Of a DNA stretch of 64,000 nt, positions 1-12,856 are shown one piece after another (positions within the stretch are counted from its first letter, which is position 1; each line of letters opens with the position of its first letter). Under the pieces are notes generated by a model that was given only the letters and a program-made list of their open reading frames with translations, was not told where the DNA came from and ran no database searches. The DNA is from Hypanus sabinus (taxonomy: Eukaryota). The DNA is taken from the NCBI RefSeq assembly GCF_030144855.1, contig NC_082715.1, positions 31,620,001-31,684,000 on the forward strand, given 5' to 3'. A program made the translations under genes and the position numbers.

Positions 1-356
1 CATTCCCTTTTCCCTCTCTCACCTTATCTCCTTGCCCACCCATCGCCTCCCTTGGTGCTCCTCCCCCCTTTTCTTTCTTCCACGGCCTTCTGTCCTCTTC
101 AGTCAGATTCCCCCTTCTCCTGCCCTGTATCTCTTTCATCAATCAACTTCCCAGCTCTTTAATTCATTCCTCCCCCTTCAGGTTTCACCTATCACCTTGT
201 GTTTCTCTCTCCCCTGCCCAACCTTATCTATCTATTACTCAGCTTTTTTTTCCCCAGTCTTGCCAAAGTGTCTTGGCCCGAAACATTGACCGTACTCTTT
301 TCCATAAATGCTGCCCGGCCTGCTGAGTTCCTTCAGTATTATGTGTGTGTTGCTTG
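1..356 (+). mobile_element. Penelope-like element 3' end/pLTR fragment
   Basis: Pyrimidine-rich tract followed by a degenerate hammerhead-like motif (256-291) and 'gatgctgcc..gcctgctgagttcc..cagcattttgtgtgtgttgc'-type pLTR sequence, also seen at 7391-7604, 14601-14698, 35437-35498 and next to the GIY-YIG ORF at 43.2 kb. Confidence 0.75.
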
Positions 357-2243
357 AATCTGCCCAATCTCCTTATTATTTGGAACCATTTTAGAATCAC
401 TGACATTTTAGGACACTCATTATCTCCATAAACAGCACCTTCACAACACTGAGATACAAATCATCAGTCTTGGGAATTTATCAGCTTTCAGTCCCCAAAT
501 TACTGATGGATTCCATTTCTATAAACTGGGTCAGTGGATTAAGTATATTTAGGCAAAATATTCAAATAGAGGGTGGAACAAGTTTATTGGAATAGTCAAT
601 TCTTGAGAGGAACAGATGAAGTGGCTGAGAAATGGTGATGAGGGCAATTCCAATGACGCTGTTGTTCCAATATTTTGCTGGAAGAAATCTCAGCTCATCA
701 AGAACCGTGCTTCAAAGAAAGAGCTAAATAATTTTTGAGTCAAATAAGATTGAGCTTTATTTCTGTGGAAAATTATGCTATATCTAGAGATGAAGTAGAA
801 ATTTCTGAAAGCCTAGAGTTGATCCTTGGTGGACACCAAAGCAGTTTTGCATAACATCCAAGCTAGAGATAGTATGTCAAAAGCAAGATTTAAGCCACAG
901 AGCTGTCCAACAGTCATGTCCAAGAAGAGGTTCAGACCATACTCCCAGAACACTAAATCTCCCATAAAATGTAGGAGATAACATAGCCCTGAAACTCACT
1001 AGACATAGGTATCATGATTGCAAGATTTAGTGGACAGCCAAATGTTCTCTGACAATTAACTCATTGCCATATGCCACAATATGGTTCCACTATCTACAAC
1101 TCTAGAGTATGATGCAATATTTGCCACTTGCCAATACAGGTACAACTAACTACAACAAGTTTCAATACCACCAAGGTCAGAACAAGTCACTTGATTAGCA
1201 TCCCACTCTTCTGAAAAAAATCATTCCCTCCAACACAATGTATCAACAATGCAGTGTGCATCATCTCTCCTTTGCCTCTCGTAACAGTCTGCAGGCACAT
1301 AGGAACACTGTAGAATCAGATGTTCTCCTCCAAGTCACTTCTTCACAATCATTGGGTTAAAGTCCTAGAAATTCCTCTGAAGAGTCCTTCCTCTGCATGG
1401 CTTGCACTAATCATGAAGGCAGCCACACTCACTTACTAATGGTAGTTATGGTTGAGAAAAAACACAAGACATTCCTATGATAGCCATATCATGAATTTAG
1501 GAAAAAAAGATTATGACATCTTGAAAACATTTCATTTAGAAACATTTTATTCATGACGTTGTGAAGCACTTTTTGTGTTGTATATGCTACTTTAAAACAC
1601 TAAATGACAGTAATTTTGCACATTCCAGTTTTACAAACAGGGAACTCCTCTAAAAGGTACCATAATTATGAATTTAATCCAACATTCCAATTTTACAAAT
1701 AGGGGACTTATCTAAAATTAATTATGAATTATGAATTCATATAATTATGAATTTAATCCAACTCACATGCCTTAATAATGTGATATATTTCAAACTGCCT
1801 TAGAGCTAATAAGGTAGATGACAATGCATTTTAAGATTAAATAGATGAATGTTAAAAATGAGTGAACTACAAGAAAATTAAAAATGCTGATATCTTCAAT
1901 AATTATTTGATCTACGTATAATTTTGCAATGTTCAAGCTCTACAAAATCTAATCCTTCCGGCAGGCCCAAAGCCACACACAGCAGTGGAAGGTAAGTGAA
2001 TAATCTAATAAGAGTCACTTCAACACAGGTCAGTGCATTGATACTCTCTCATACTGCAAGCATTTGTAATTTAGTTCTTGCAAATACAACCTGGAATGGA
2101 TCAAACCAGTTGCAACAAGACAAAATCTATGATTTATTGGCTAACATCCTAACATGCTTTTTGAGTGTATCCAGAAACTTCATCAGGCATGTGATCTCAC
2201 TACTGGTCACTATTATTAACAAAAGCAAACAAAAATACTGTAC

Positions 2244-2384
2244 CTGGAGATGAGTGAAATACTTCTTTGAGAGCCAGTTCACACATTGCTGTTCTTTAGA
2301 TGCATTGTAATATTTTTCTAGACTCTGTATTCTTGCACATTTTTGGGATAAAGGAGATTGCATTGGACATGTTGCAGTATCAAT
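2244..2384 (-). CDS. FAM228B: FAM228 coding exon 2 (IDTATCPMQS...NWLSKKYFTHLQ)
   Basis: Acceptor ttcctttattttgaag|ATT, donor CAG|gtacag, 141 nt, phase 0/0, open frame within ORF 2127..2390. Confidence 0.7.
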
Positions 2385-5300
2385 CTTCAAAATAAAGGAA
2401 ATTCACTAAAGTTAACATAAACTTTGGAAAAAGAGACCAGGCAGTATTGATTATAGTTTTAGTAAAGCCTTGTTTTATATCCCATTTCTAATTGTATTGT
2501 CAATACTTTTGTCCAGGAAAGAGCTCTAGCCACTCTCTGCATTCTATAACACGTTGTAACCAAAATCGCCACCTTTTCATTCCAGTTGGAGCATTCCAAG
2601 TGACTTCATCATCTGTCCAAAAGAACTAATATAAAAACCGTACACACTTAAGTGTACATCACATTGTTCTGAGCTTGATCACGAATGCACTGTGTTTTAG
2701 GTTGTGTACCACAAAGGCAAGTACAAGTCACATTTGAATTAAAAAAAAATGTTTGTGCCTGTGATGCTGCTGCAAGTTTTCCATTGCATCTGCGCATGTA
2801 TGAATTTATGCCGTTGACAGTAAATTTGACTGACTTTGCTTAATTTTCAGAAAGCATTTGATAAAGTGCTGCATCAAAGATGATCACAGAAAGTAAAAGA
2901 TTATAGTGTAGGAGTTAACATCTTGTTTTAGCACAATTGTCTGGCAAACAAGAAACAGGGAAGGCATAAATGAGTCCCTTTCTGGGCTGGAAGATACTGT
3001 GTATGCCATAGAAAGATGCTAGTGCTTCAACCTTTTACAATATACAATATGTGTAAATGTTATGATTACAGGCATCAAAAGGTATAGTTGGTAAATTTGC
3101 TGATAATACAAATAAAGGTCCAAAGTAAATTTTGAAGATGAGCTATGGATGCTACAAAAGTGACTGGGCAAGATTTAGCAAATAAATACAATAAGAGAAA
3201 ATGTGAAATATTCCATTAAAGCAAAAAAATAAAATCAAAATCAAAATGGTGAGAAATTGACAGAGAAATCTGGGTATCTGGCCACAATTTGCAAAGGATG
3301 TTACACAGGCATACGTAATGTTATGGTTTAATGACAAGGGAAATTAAAACAAAATTTAAAAAGTTATGCTTCGACTTTATAGGGCATTGGTGAGTTTACA
3401 TATAAAGGACAGTGTTCAACATTGATTTCCTTATTTAAAGGAGAATGTTAATGTGTTAAGACTGCAAATTTGCAAATGTTACTCCACTCTTTAAGAAGGG
3501 GAAGAGGCAAAAGACAAGAAGTTATAGGCCTGTTAGCCTGACCTCAGTGGTTGGGAAGATAATAGAGTCAATTATAAGGGATGTGGTTTTGGGGTACTTG
3601 GTAGCACATGATAAAATAGGTCAAAGTCCATAAGACATAAGAGCAGAATTTGTCCATTCAGCCCATCAAGTCTGCTCCACCATTTGATCATGGCTGTTTT
3701 ATTTTCCTTCTTAATCATATTCTCCTCCCTTCTCCCCATAACCTTTGATGCCCTTACAAAACAAGGACCAAAAAATATACCCAATGACTTGGCCTCCACA
3801 GCCATCTATGGTAATGAATTCTACAGATTCACCACCCTCTGGCGAAAGAAATTCCTCATCCAAAGGGATGTCCTTCTATTCTATTTCTGTAAAGGGAAAT
3901 CTTGCCTGACAGGTTGCTGGGACTAAGCAGATTAATGGTTCTACACGGAATGCATGGACCTACGGGCCTGTTTCTGTATGGTAGTGTCCTATGACTCTAA
4001 TGGGGAGAATATGCTTATATTTACTATAACTTGACAGGATGTGATAGAACTAAATCCCGAGTTGTCCTAACATGGTGAATCTGGAATTAATTCAATTATT
4101 TGTTTAACTCAGATGAAGAGAAATCGTTTCGCCAGAGGATTCTGAATTCGCCAGAGGATTCTTGTCTTCTCCAAAGAGTGGTAGAAACAAATGTCAAATA
4201 TTTTTAAGGTAAAAGGTATATAAATACTTGATAGGCAAGGGATGAAAAGTACCTTTGGATAAACAGGTATGCAAAGTTGAGGGTACATTCAGATTGTCTA
4301 TGGTTAAGTTGCAAAGAAAGCTTGAGAAGCCAAGTGGCCAATTCCTGCTCGTAATTAATATTTCAGCAAACTTAAAGAGGGCTATTGCAAGTTTAAAGTA
4401 AGAATAATTCAAAAATTAAGCCTCTGACAGTCAGCATGTTGGCAGTTATTAATGAATAATAGATCTAGAGAGGACAAGAGGCAAGTAGGAAGTGTGCATG
4501 AGAATCAGGAATTTTATATATGATATCACCTCCACAATCTGGGGTCAAGAATCCTGGCCAAAGAAATGGGCAAAGAGACCAAGGGTGCAAAGGAAGAGCT
4601 TAATGTTTTAGACTTGGAATTCAAAGAGTTGGTGATGTAAGGGTTGAAGCTGAGACCTCTGCAGGACTGATCATTCATAATCAAAGAGAGATGTAGCTCA
4701 AATAGGATAGCAAAACTGTAGCAAGGTTGGGAACAGGAAGAAGAGATTGGGTAAAAGGAAAATGAAAGGGGAGAACAATTTGGAGATGTGTTAGAATTCA
4801 AAAACTATTGAAGTTTGTACTGTATTCTTTGATATCTGAATGGAAGGGAACGACAGATCAGGATACAATAGAATGAAATAGAATGAATTAGTGCTGGTGC
4901 AGGAAAAGAATCAAAAGCATATATATGATAGCACATGGCATTTTAATCTCAGACACCTTAAAACTCTGAAGTATGATAAACATAAGTGGTTTGCAAATGT
5001 CCACAGATATAGCTTGGAGAGTATTCTAACTGGCTGCATCACCCTCGGGTTTAGGAGGGGGGCTATTACACAGGATTAAAAGAAGCTACAGGAAGTTGTA
5101 AAATTAGTCAGCTCCATAATGGGTAGTAGCTGCCATAGTATCCAGGACATTTTCGAGGAACAGTGCTTCAGAAAGGTGGTGTCCATTATTAAGGACCCCC
5201 AACACCCAGGACGTACCCCCTTCTCATTATTACCATCAGGAAGAAGGTACTGAAGCCTAAAGGCACACAGTCAGCAATTCAGGAACAGCTTCTTCCCCTC

Positions 5301-5388
5301 TGCCATCCGATTTCCAAATGGACATTGAACCCATGAACACTATATCACTACTTCTTTTATATCTATTTTTCTACTACTTATTTAAGTT

Positions 5389-5431
<43 letters not shown>

Positions 5432-8400
5432 TATATATACACACACACATACATAAACATACACCTATACTGTAATTCAGTTTCATATTCCTATTATGTA
5501 TTGCATCCTACTGCAGCCTCAAAGTCAACAGATTTCATGACATATGCCAGAGATACTAAACCTGATTCTGATCCTGGGGTTTATTAGACTAGATTTGGAA
5601 TAATATATCTAATCTAATAAATAGAAATTAAAGTAAATTAAGCAAAGCTGTGGTATAAATGCAACCCAAAGTATCTTTGGTTGTGTTCAACCCGGTTGCA
5701 GAGCCCATGCAACAACATCTCCCTCACCAGCATATTCTCCTTTAGAGGTTTAGATGAAGCAACAGGCTGATAGAAGACAGAAGACAAACACATCCTCTGT
5801 ACCACAGACAATGAATCTAGCCAAATCAGCAGGCAAAACTTTTTATGCCGACCCATATAATCCTTAAAAAAAGTACTAAACTCACACTACCCCATAACTC
5901 TCCATTTTTCTTTCATCCATGTGCCTGTCCAAGAGCCTCTTAAATACCCCTAATGTTTTAGCCTCCACCACCACCCTGGCAAGTCATTCCAGGCATTCAC
6001 AACCCTCTGTGTAAAAAACTTACCCCTGATATCTCCACTAAACTTCCCTCCCTTAATTTTGTACATATGTCCTCTGGTGTTTGCTGTTGGTGCTCTGGGA
6101 AACAGGTACTGACTATCCACCCTATCTATGCCTCTCATAATCTTGTAGACCTCTATCAGTCCCCTCTCATTTTTCTACACTCCAAAGAGAAAAGTCCCAG
6201 CTCTGCTAACTTTGCTTCATATGACTTGTTCTCCAAACCAGGAAACATCCTGGTAAATCTCCTCTGCACCCTCTCCATAGCTTGCACATCCGTCCTATAA
6301 TGAGGTGACCAGAATTGAACACAATACTCTAAGTGCGGTCTCACCAGAGATTTGTAGAGTTGCAACATGACCTCTCTACTCTTGAACTCAATCCCCCTAT
6401 TAACGAAGGCTAACATCCCATAGGCCTTCTTAAGTACCCTATCAACCTACACAACGACCTTGAGGGATGTATGGATTTGAACACCAAGGTCCCTTTGTTC
6501 ATCCACACTCTTAAGTAACTGACCATTAATCCTGTACTCAGTCTTCTGGTTTGTCCTTCCAAAATGCATACCTCACACTTATCTGGATTGAACTCCATCT
6601 GCTATTTTTCTGCCCAACTCTGCAGCCTGTCTATATCTTCTTGTAACCTTGGACAACTTACAACTCCATCCACAACTTCTCCAATCATCGTGTCATCCGC
6701 AAACTTACTCACCCATCCTTCTGCCTCTACATCCAGGTCATTTATAAAAATCACAAACAGCAGGGGTCCCAGGACAGATCCCTGCAGCATTCCACTAGTC
6801 ACCGACCTCCAGGCAGAATACTTTCCTTCCACAACAACCCTCTGTTTTCTTCCTTTAAGCCAATTTTTTATCCAAACAGCCAAGGTTCCACTTATCCCAT
6901 GCCTCATGACTTTCTGGATGAGTCTCCCATGAGGGACCTTGTCAAATGCTTTGCTAAAGTCCATGTAGACCACATCCACTGCCCTACCCTTATCAATTTC
7001 TTTTGTTACCTCTTCAAAAAACTCAATCAGGCTCATGAGGCATGATCTTCCCTTCACAAAGCCATGTTGACTATCCATGAGTAGACTGTACTTCTCCAAA
7101 TGTTCATAGATCCTATCCTTAAGAATCCTTTCCAGTAGTTTGCATACCACCGACATAAGACTCACCGGTCTATAGTTACCAGGTTTCTCCCTACTACCTT
7201 TTTTAAACAAGGGAACTCTATTTGCCATTCTCCAGTCCTCCGGCATTTTCCCTGCAGCCAAAGAGGATTCAAAAGCTCAGAATACAAAAGCTCAGGATCT
7301 TTCATTGGGTATAAAATTAATGAGTACTTAGAAAGATGATTCATTAGAGTAGAATCTAGTAGAGAAAGAATGATTTTGAGTAAATGGCAAACAAGAGAAA
7401 ATCTGCAGATGCTAGAAATCCAAGCAACATACACAAAATGTTGGAGGAACTCAGCAGGCCAGGCAGAATCTATGGAAAAAAGTACTGTCAATGGTTCAGG
7501 CCAAGAACTGTCGACTGGCCTGCGGACGGGTCTCGGGCCGAAAAGTCAACTCCACTTTTTCCTGGCCCACAGTGTTCCTCCAGCACTTTTGTGTATGTTG
7601 CTTAAGTAAATGGCAATTGGCTAATATATGAAATATGGATTTTTACAGGATTTTTGCACTGACTCTATGTAACTACAACAAAATAGTTTACCAATATAAC
7701 AATTTAATTTAAAATGCAAGCAAAGCAATTGCATCTATGGCTGATTAAACTACTATTAGTAGACATCAAGCTTTTAAGGCTTCAAGTTGGGGCAGCATCC
7801 AGGCTTTGAACTCATTTTACATACTATGTGCAATGTTGTCCAGCACAGGTAGATGTGGTGCAGTTTGATTTAGCAGAATGCAGATAATTTATGAATAAAT
7901 TATTAATGAAGAATATGCAGTGAATTTCACATTCCTGCATTTTCAAGAAAAAGATTTGGCATTGAAAGCAGTAAGAATTAACATAATGTTAGAGGAAATA
8001 AGACAACGAATAGATAAGATCAAATCACAAAAAATGGTTTTCATTAAAATGAGTATGTTGAAAATATTTAGATTTCGAAATCATATAGGTAGAGACTAAC
8101 AGTACATTGTAGATTATTGCTTTAATCACAAAATTTGGTTTTAGGCTGTCAACAACTTTAAGACGGAGAATGGCAAGATCTTAGAAATGTGGGTTTAATC
8201 TAGCTTCGAAGAAAAGTGGGAAGGTTTGCGCCATCCACTTTTATTTTGCACCACCCGTAACTACAGGGTAATTATTCCTAATGTTTGCAACGCTGAGGTT
8301 GTCCTGACATCATAAACAAATATTCTGGACGAAATGTAACATTCGGTGTTTAACCACAATAAAGGCAATAAAGAAGTCCCATATCAACCGCTGATCTTTG

Positions 8401-9052
8401 CACTCTCTTTAGCAACACTAATCCAGTGACCAGCACAAACTGCGTCCAATTTTTCCCGTCAATATGACGACCGTGCCTGGATCTTCGAGCTTGAGCCCTC
8501 TAACTCGGTTGCTGGAGAGTTCACTCCCGGTAGGTAACCCGCACCTCAAAGTTTAACACCCAGACAACCTGAAAGCAGTGAGTCCCGGTTTCGGGGCATT
8601 TATGGAGAGGCGGTGGGGGGGGGGGGGGGGGGGTGGAGTGAAATTCATTAAAATGTGAAATTACCAGGCGCTTGCACGGGAAGAACCAGGAATAATGAGG
8701 ATTTACTTAGTTTTCCGAGCTAGTTTCTTCATTACCTGTAGCCCCTCTTTTTACAAATGTTTTGCATTCACCCATCCTCCCATTTACGACTTTGGACTGG
8801 CATACTTATCAGTTCTACTATGGCATCCAGTACAGGACAAGTACTAATGGGCTTTACAATGATACACTAATCAAATACATCGAGGGTTGGGGGGCACGTG
8901 ATTCATGAGAGTTCGGGCAATTAATCTGAGTTTATCACGTTAAACGACACGGCGGCCGTCACCTCAGAGCGCTGACTGTCCGTTGGAGACCCCTCGCCGG
9001 GAAACGGCCGGTGCACGGTGATCTGCCCCGCGCCGCCCCTCCTCGAGCCCAT
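2244..9052 (-). CDS. FAM228B: FAM228-family protein, 5' partial (coding exons 8963-9052 and 2244-2384; rest lies left of the window)
   Basis: GCCATGG Kozak start in a CpG island and a phase-0 GT-AG intron. Translation MGSRRGGAGQITVHRPFP...VNWLSKKYFTHLQ resembles recalled fish FAM228 N-termini (G-x-IT-x-H-x-PF; WLS-x3-F-x2-LQ at an exon end). Adjacent to PFN4, as in mammals. Paralog A versus B cannot be resolved. Confidence 0.7.
2835..4370 (+). mobile_element. Highly degenerate CR1 LINE fragments, with an inverted CR1 3' fragment at about 3630-3875
   Basis: Remnants of FQKAFDKV, KFAD-x-TK and YRPVSLTSVVGK motifs and CR1 3' UTR sequence; many stops. Confidence 0.6.
4960..5575 (+). mobile_element. 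Rex1/Babar-type LINE 3' fragment
   Basis: ESILTGCIT motif and 3' tail taaacctgattctgat; homologous to 46.7-47.3 kb. Confidence 0.75.
5391..5429. repeat. (AC)n microsatellite
   Basis: About 19 perfect AC units. Confidence 0.95.
5880..7272 (-). mobile_element. CR1 LINE, 5'-truncated, RT region (in FAM228 intron 1)
   Basis: ORFs 6602..7261 (NYRPVSL, DFSKAFDKVPH, QGSVLGPLLF, FADDT), 6156..6416 (VRPHLEYCVQFWSP) and 5950..6138 (FFTQRVV); frameshifted. Confidence 0.92.
7391..7604. mobile_element. Penelope-like fold-back insertion (inverted pLTR pair) with 12-bp TSD
   Basis: agtaaatggcaa at 7379-7390 and 7605-7616; 7422-7450 is the near reverse complement of 7574-7603. Confidence 0.8.
8615..8633 (+). 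repeat. G19 homopolymer (G-quadruplex-capable)
   Basis: 19 consecutive G. Confidence 0.9.
8963..9052 (-). CDS. FAM228B: FAM228 coding exon 1 (MGSRRGGAGQITVHRPFPGEGSPTDSQRSE)
   Basis: ccggccATGG start, 90 nt, donor GAG|gtgacg, CpG-rich context. Confidence 0.7.
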
Positions 9053-9198
9053 GGCCGGTGCCCCGCGCTCGGCTCAGTGCCGGCCTCCCAGCCGCTTCGA
9101 TAGAAACGCCGTGGCCTGCCTCGCCATCTAGTTCTGTTTAAGGGTAAACTAGATTCTTTCTCCTCGCGTCACCTATAAACAATGTGCTAAATGGCTTC

Positions 9199-9212
9199 GT
9201 CTCTATGGCGAC
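9199..9212. promoter_or_regulatory. RFX X-box-like motif GTCTCTATGGCGAC
   Basis: Imperfect palindrome resembling GTTGCCATGGCAAC, about 150 bp upstream of the FAM228 ATG. Confidence 0.55.
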
Positions 9213-10741
9213 GCAACGCTTTTGTGATTGATTTTAGGCGGAGCTCTGGACATGGGGAGGACGCGGTGAAGCTGATTGGGGCTGGAGCAATGGATTGAGT
9301 CAACTCTCAGGCAGGGGAGGCGGTAGAGATGGCAGGAAGCAACTGAGAAGATGAAGGTAGTGAGCGGGAAGGAGGAATGGAAGAATAAGCGACCGATTGA
9401 TGATTGTATTGGCTTGTCCAAGTAACGAAGGCAGTACTGTAGACATGATTTAAATAAGGAAGAGTTTAAGGTTCTGTTGAGTTTTGAATGTGGTCCTGTT
9501 TCTGAAGTCAATTCATTAGACCAAGGATTTGAAGAAAGTATTAAGAGATCTTGTGGGTGCAAAACTTTTAAGGGATGGGTCAATCATAGTATTTTGTAAA
9601 GAGGGCATGCAATGTGAGAAAACTTTGGGGTTAATAGACATGGGAGGAAAGAAAGTAACACCAAGAAATTATATTAAATGTCATTGACTTTGGGAGTAAT
9701 CTCTGGAGTGCCCGTAGATGTATCGATGGACCAAGTTTAAAAATAATTTAATTAGGGAAAAGTTATGGTTGCTAAACGTTTAAAAGGATTTTGTGGTGAA
9801 GTTAGAACTGATAGCTTATTGGTGTTGATTAAATTGATGGGGAAAAAGTTGCTGGATAGGGTTAATTTAGGTTACATGAGTTATATGGTTCGTCTATGGG
9901 CCACCCTCCTGAGATGTTTTCAATCCCTTCATGTAGCAGCTGTGTGAAAGGATAAAAAGAGGTGTTGTAGAAGTGATGGAGACCATGATTATCCCAATTG
10001 TGGAGAAGGTGTTAGGCTAAATTGTAGCAATTGTGGAGGAAAACATAGCTCTGCTTATACAGGATGTCATCTGTATAAGAAAACTGGGAGTGCAGTGTGT
10101 TCAAGTGGAAATGGGCATGTGATATATGGAGGCTCTGCAGAAAGTACTGAAAACAATGTCAGTGAAACTTATTATTATCCAGAAATCAGATAGTTTAAAG
10201 ACAGGTGTGTAAAGCGCATAATTGTGTAATAAAGGATTCCCTGAATGTTGATAAACTGAAGTTTGTCACTTTTATGGCAGATGTGGTAAATTGTACAGCA
10301 CAAACTAAAAGCAGGACAGAAAAAAATATTAAAAACTGAAGAAAAGCATCTAGAGATAAGAGATAACTCTAGACATTATTAATGATGCCTTACAAGGAGG
10401 AGTAAATAATGTTCAGACTTCAAAGCAGAGTTGTTAATATTTTTTCTAATCTTACAATGGAATGCTAAAAGCCTGTTAGCTAATAGTGAGGAGCTTAAGA
10501 AATTTATTGACTTCCAAATAAGCTTTATGTTATATGTGTACAGTAAACCTGGTTGAAATCTTGTCTAAGATACAGGGTTACGTTGATATAAGACGCGATC
10601 GGAAATGAGCAATGGAGGAGGAGTGGCTACATTTGTCAAAAATGGGATAGCACACAGGTTGGAGTTGCTTATGAGACAATTGTGGTTGAAATTCGGGGAA
10701 AGGATAGTAAAGTACCGATAATAAAAATTTATTACCCTTGT

Positions 10742-10934
10742 TGTGGTGAACTATGTATACCTGTCTGGACACGCCCCTCTGCTGACTGCTCCTGTGGCTC
10801 CTCCCACAGACCCCGGTATAAAGGCGATTGGGGCACTGCTCCTCCCTCAGTCTCCGAGATGTCGTGCTCCGTTTTGTTGTTAATAAAAGCCTATCGTTCA
10901 CTTCCAGTCTCCGAGAGTTATTGATGGTGCATCA
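10742..10934 (+). mobile_element. Solo LTR, 193 bp, 5-bp TSD
   Basis: TG...CA termini; TSD cttgt at 10737-10741 and 10935-10939; TATA-like ggtataaagg followed by aataaa. Confidence 0.85.
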
Positions 10935-11667
10935 CTTGTGAAATGTTTAAAACCTGATGCATTGGAAAGTATGTGTGGAAATGGGAAAAATAAGGTGTGG
11001 GGATTTCAATGCTCAGTACTATGTGGAGTTGCAGTGACATAAATATGTATGGGATGGTAGTGGAAGACTCCCTGGAAGAAAAGTGCTTGGTGTGCTTGAA
11101 TGATGCTAAGAGTACAAGGATAAATCTACTTAACACAGTTTCTGCTCTAGACCTTACTCTAGTATCATAGGCTATAGCAAAGGTGTTGAACTAGGAATAG
11201 ATGTGCATCAGAGAAACAGATCTCAAAGCCCTGGATGGAATTGTGATGTATATGGTGATTTATGTGAAAATAGATTACCTGATCATTTGTTTTTGGAGGA
11301 TATTGAGTTGAGTAATAATACCTTGTGTTCTGTACTCAACTCAGTAGCTAAGGAATCAAATCATTGATTCAGATCATTGAGAGATGATAACAGGAGAGCT
11401 GTTTCCTGGTGGATGGATGAATATAAAAAAGCTGTGAAGGAACAGACTAAAGCTTCTAGGGAAGTTAGGCAGTGTTACTCTTGTTCATCTTTATACAATA
11501 TAAAGGAGCTCAAGTTGTAGTTAGAAAAGTAGTGATAAGGACAAAGAAAATGCATTGGAAAATGGTCTGTGATAGCATTAGGCAAGAGATCCAGCTAGCG
11601 GAGGTTTGGAGCATAATACAGAAAATGGGGGAATTTAGAAAACTGGTTACTTTACCAGTTTTGTATA

Positions 11668-11747
11668 GTGAGAGTAAGCGTTCGGCATGGACCAGAAGGG
11701 CCAAGATGGCCTGTTTCCGTGCTGTAATAGTTATATGGTTATATGGT
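11668..11747 (+). mobile_element. Short CR1 3'-end insertion
   Basis: Near-identical reverse complement of the CR1 3' terminus at 19843-19920, with tandem (gttatatg) tail. Confidence 0.75.
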
Positions 11748-11863
11748 GGGGAGAAGGTTGCAGTTACTGACTCAGAAAAAAGCAGAATTATTAGCAAACA
11801 CATATGTTAGTATACATAGTTCAGCAAATTTAGGTAAAGAAGAAAGGTCTTAATATAATATAG

Positions 11864-12856
11864 TGTTACGTACCCCGTAACTGGGTGTCTAACCAGCAAA
11901 GATAGAAGAATCCGTTGGAGTCTGGTGGTACTATGTTCAAACAGTGTTTATTAGTAAAATATACAAATCAATATCAACAATGCAAATACATAGATAATAC
12001 ACATTAGCAATACCATACCTAAAAGTGTGAGTATAATAATAATCGATAATAAACAAGCTCTATCGATGTCTAGGGGATAATGAATTATCATATGTGAATA
12101 TAAAGTTCAGTTCAGTTCATTTGTGCTGAGGTAGTTGTTGGTCATTGTGTTGTAATTGTTGGAGAGAGAGAGAGAGCGAGCGAGCGAGCAGTAATGGCTA
12201 CTGACAGGCAAACCTTCCTTTACTTTCTTGATCTGTCGATGTGTTGTGGCCATTCAGGTATGACCCCTCTGTCCTTCAGCTGGACCATTCTTCTGTGGTG
12301 GACTCGTCACCCAGGCAAGGATGGACACACACACAAGCCCCCCCCCCCAACCGGCCCTGCTATAACATTGTGTGTTAAACTGACTGATCCTTTGTTCGGT
12401 CCCCGATGCCCCACACCTTCCCATGGGTTCCAACACTCAAGCAGTGCTCACTAGTGTGTCTCCTGGTGTGTCTGAGGGGTGTCTCCCCAGACCTCACTTT
12501 TATCCCTACTCACGGGATCTCAGGTGTCAATCAGTTTTGAATGGCTTTGTCCATCAAACCAGCCACTCCAGCTGTCCACTGAGGAATTTTAATGAACAGA
12601 ATGGTATAAGGTAAACAATCCTCTCAGAAGCCATAAGTCTTTCAGAAGTCATAATATGGTGAATCAACAAGCCTCTCTCCCCTTGCTTTATCGCTTTCTT
12701 ATCTGTAGCAGATGTTCCAATTCCAACATGTTTTCCCTTACATCTCTCTCTCATTAGCAGCATAGCAACAGTAACGGTTTGTGATTCTCCCGGGGGTGGG
12801 GGACATAGGCAACACTGCACCCCACTGCCCATCAGAGCTGTTCATCCTTCGTAACA
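11864..12856 (-). mobile_element. Solo LTR, 993 bp, Gypsy-like, 4-bp TSD
   Basis: Terminal inverted repeat tgttacg...cgtaaca; TSD atag at 11860-11863 and 12857-12860; minus-strand AATAAA near 11947. Orientation is tentative. Confidence 0.85.

Larger units (their letters stand above)
8430..9270. promoter_or_regulatory. CpG-rich promoter region of FAM228, probably shared with PFN4
   Basis: Local CpG/GC enrichment around the FAM228 ATG in an AT-rich background; GC box and RFX-like palindrome. Confidence 0.65.

Noticed and set aside
357-2240. FAM228 exon 3
   Set aside because: No convincing phase-0 exon with family similarity was found; it probably lies left of the window.
6602-7261. Reverse-transcriptase ORFs as a novel RT system
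   Set aside because: This and the ORFs at 20.5, 25.4, 46.1, 58.2 and 63.6 kb carry ordinary CR1 or Rex/Babar motifs with frameshifts; they are dead LINE copies.
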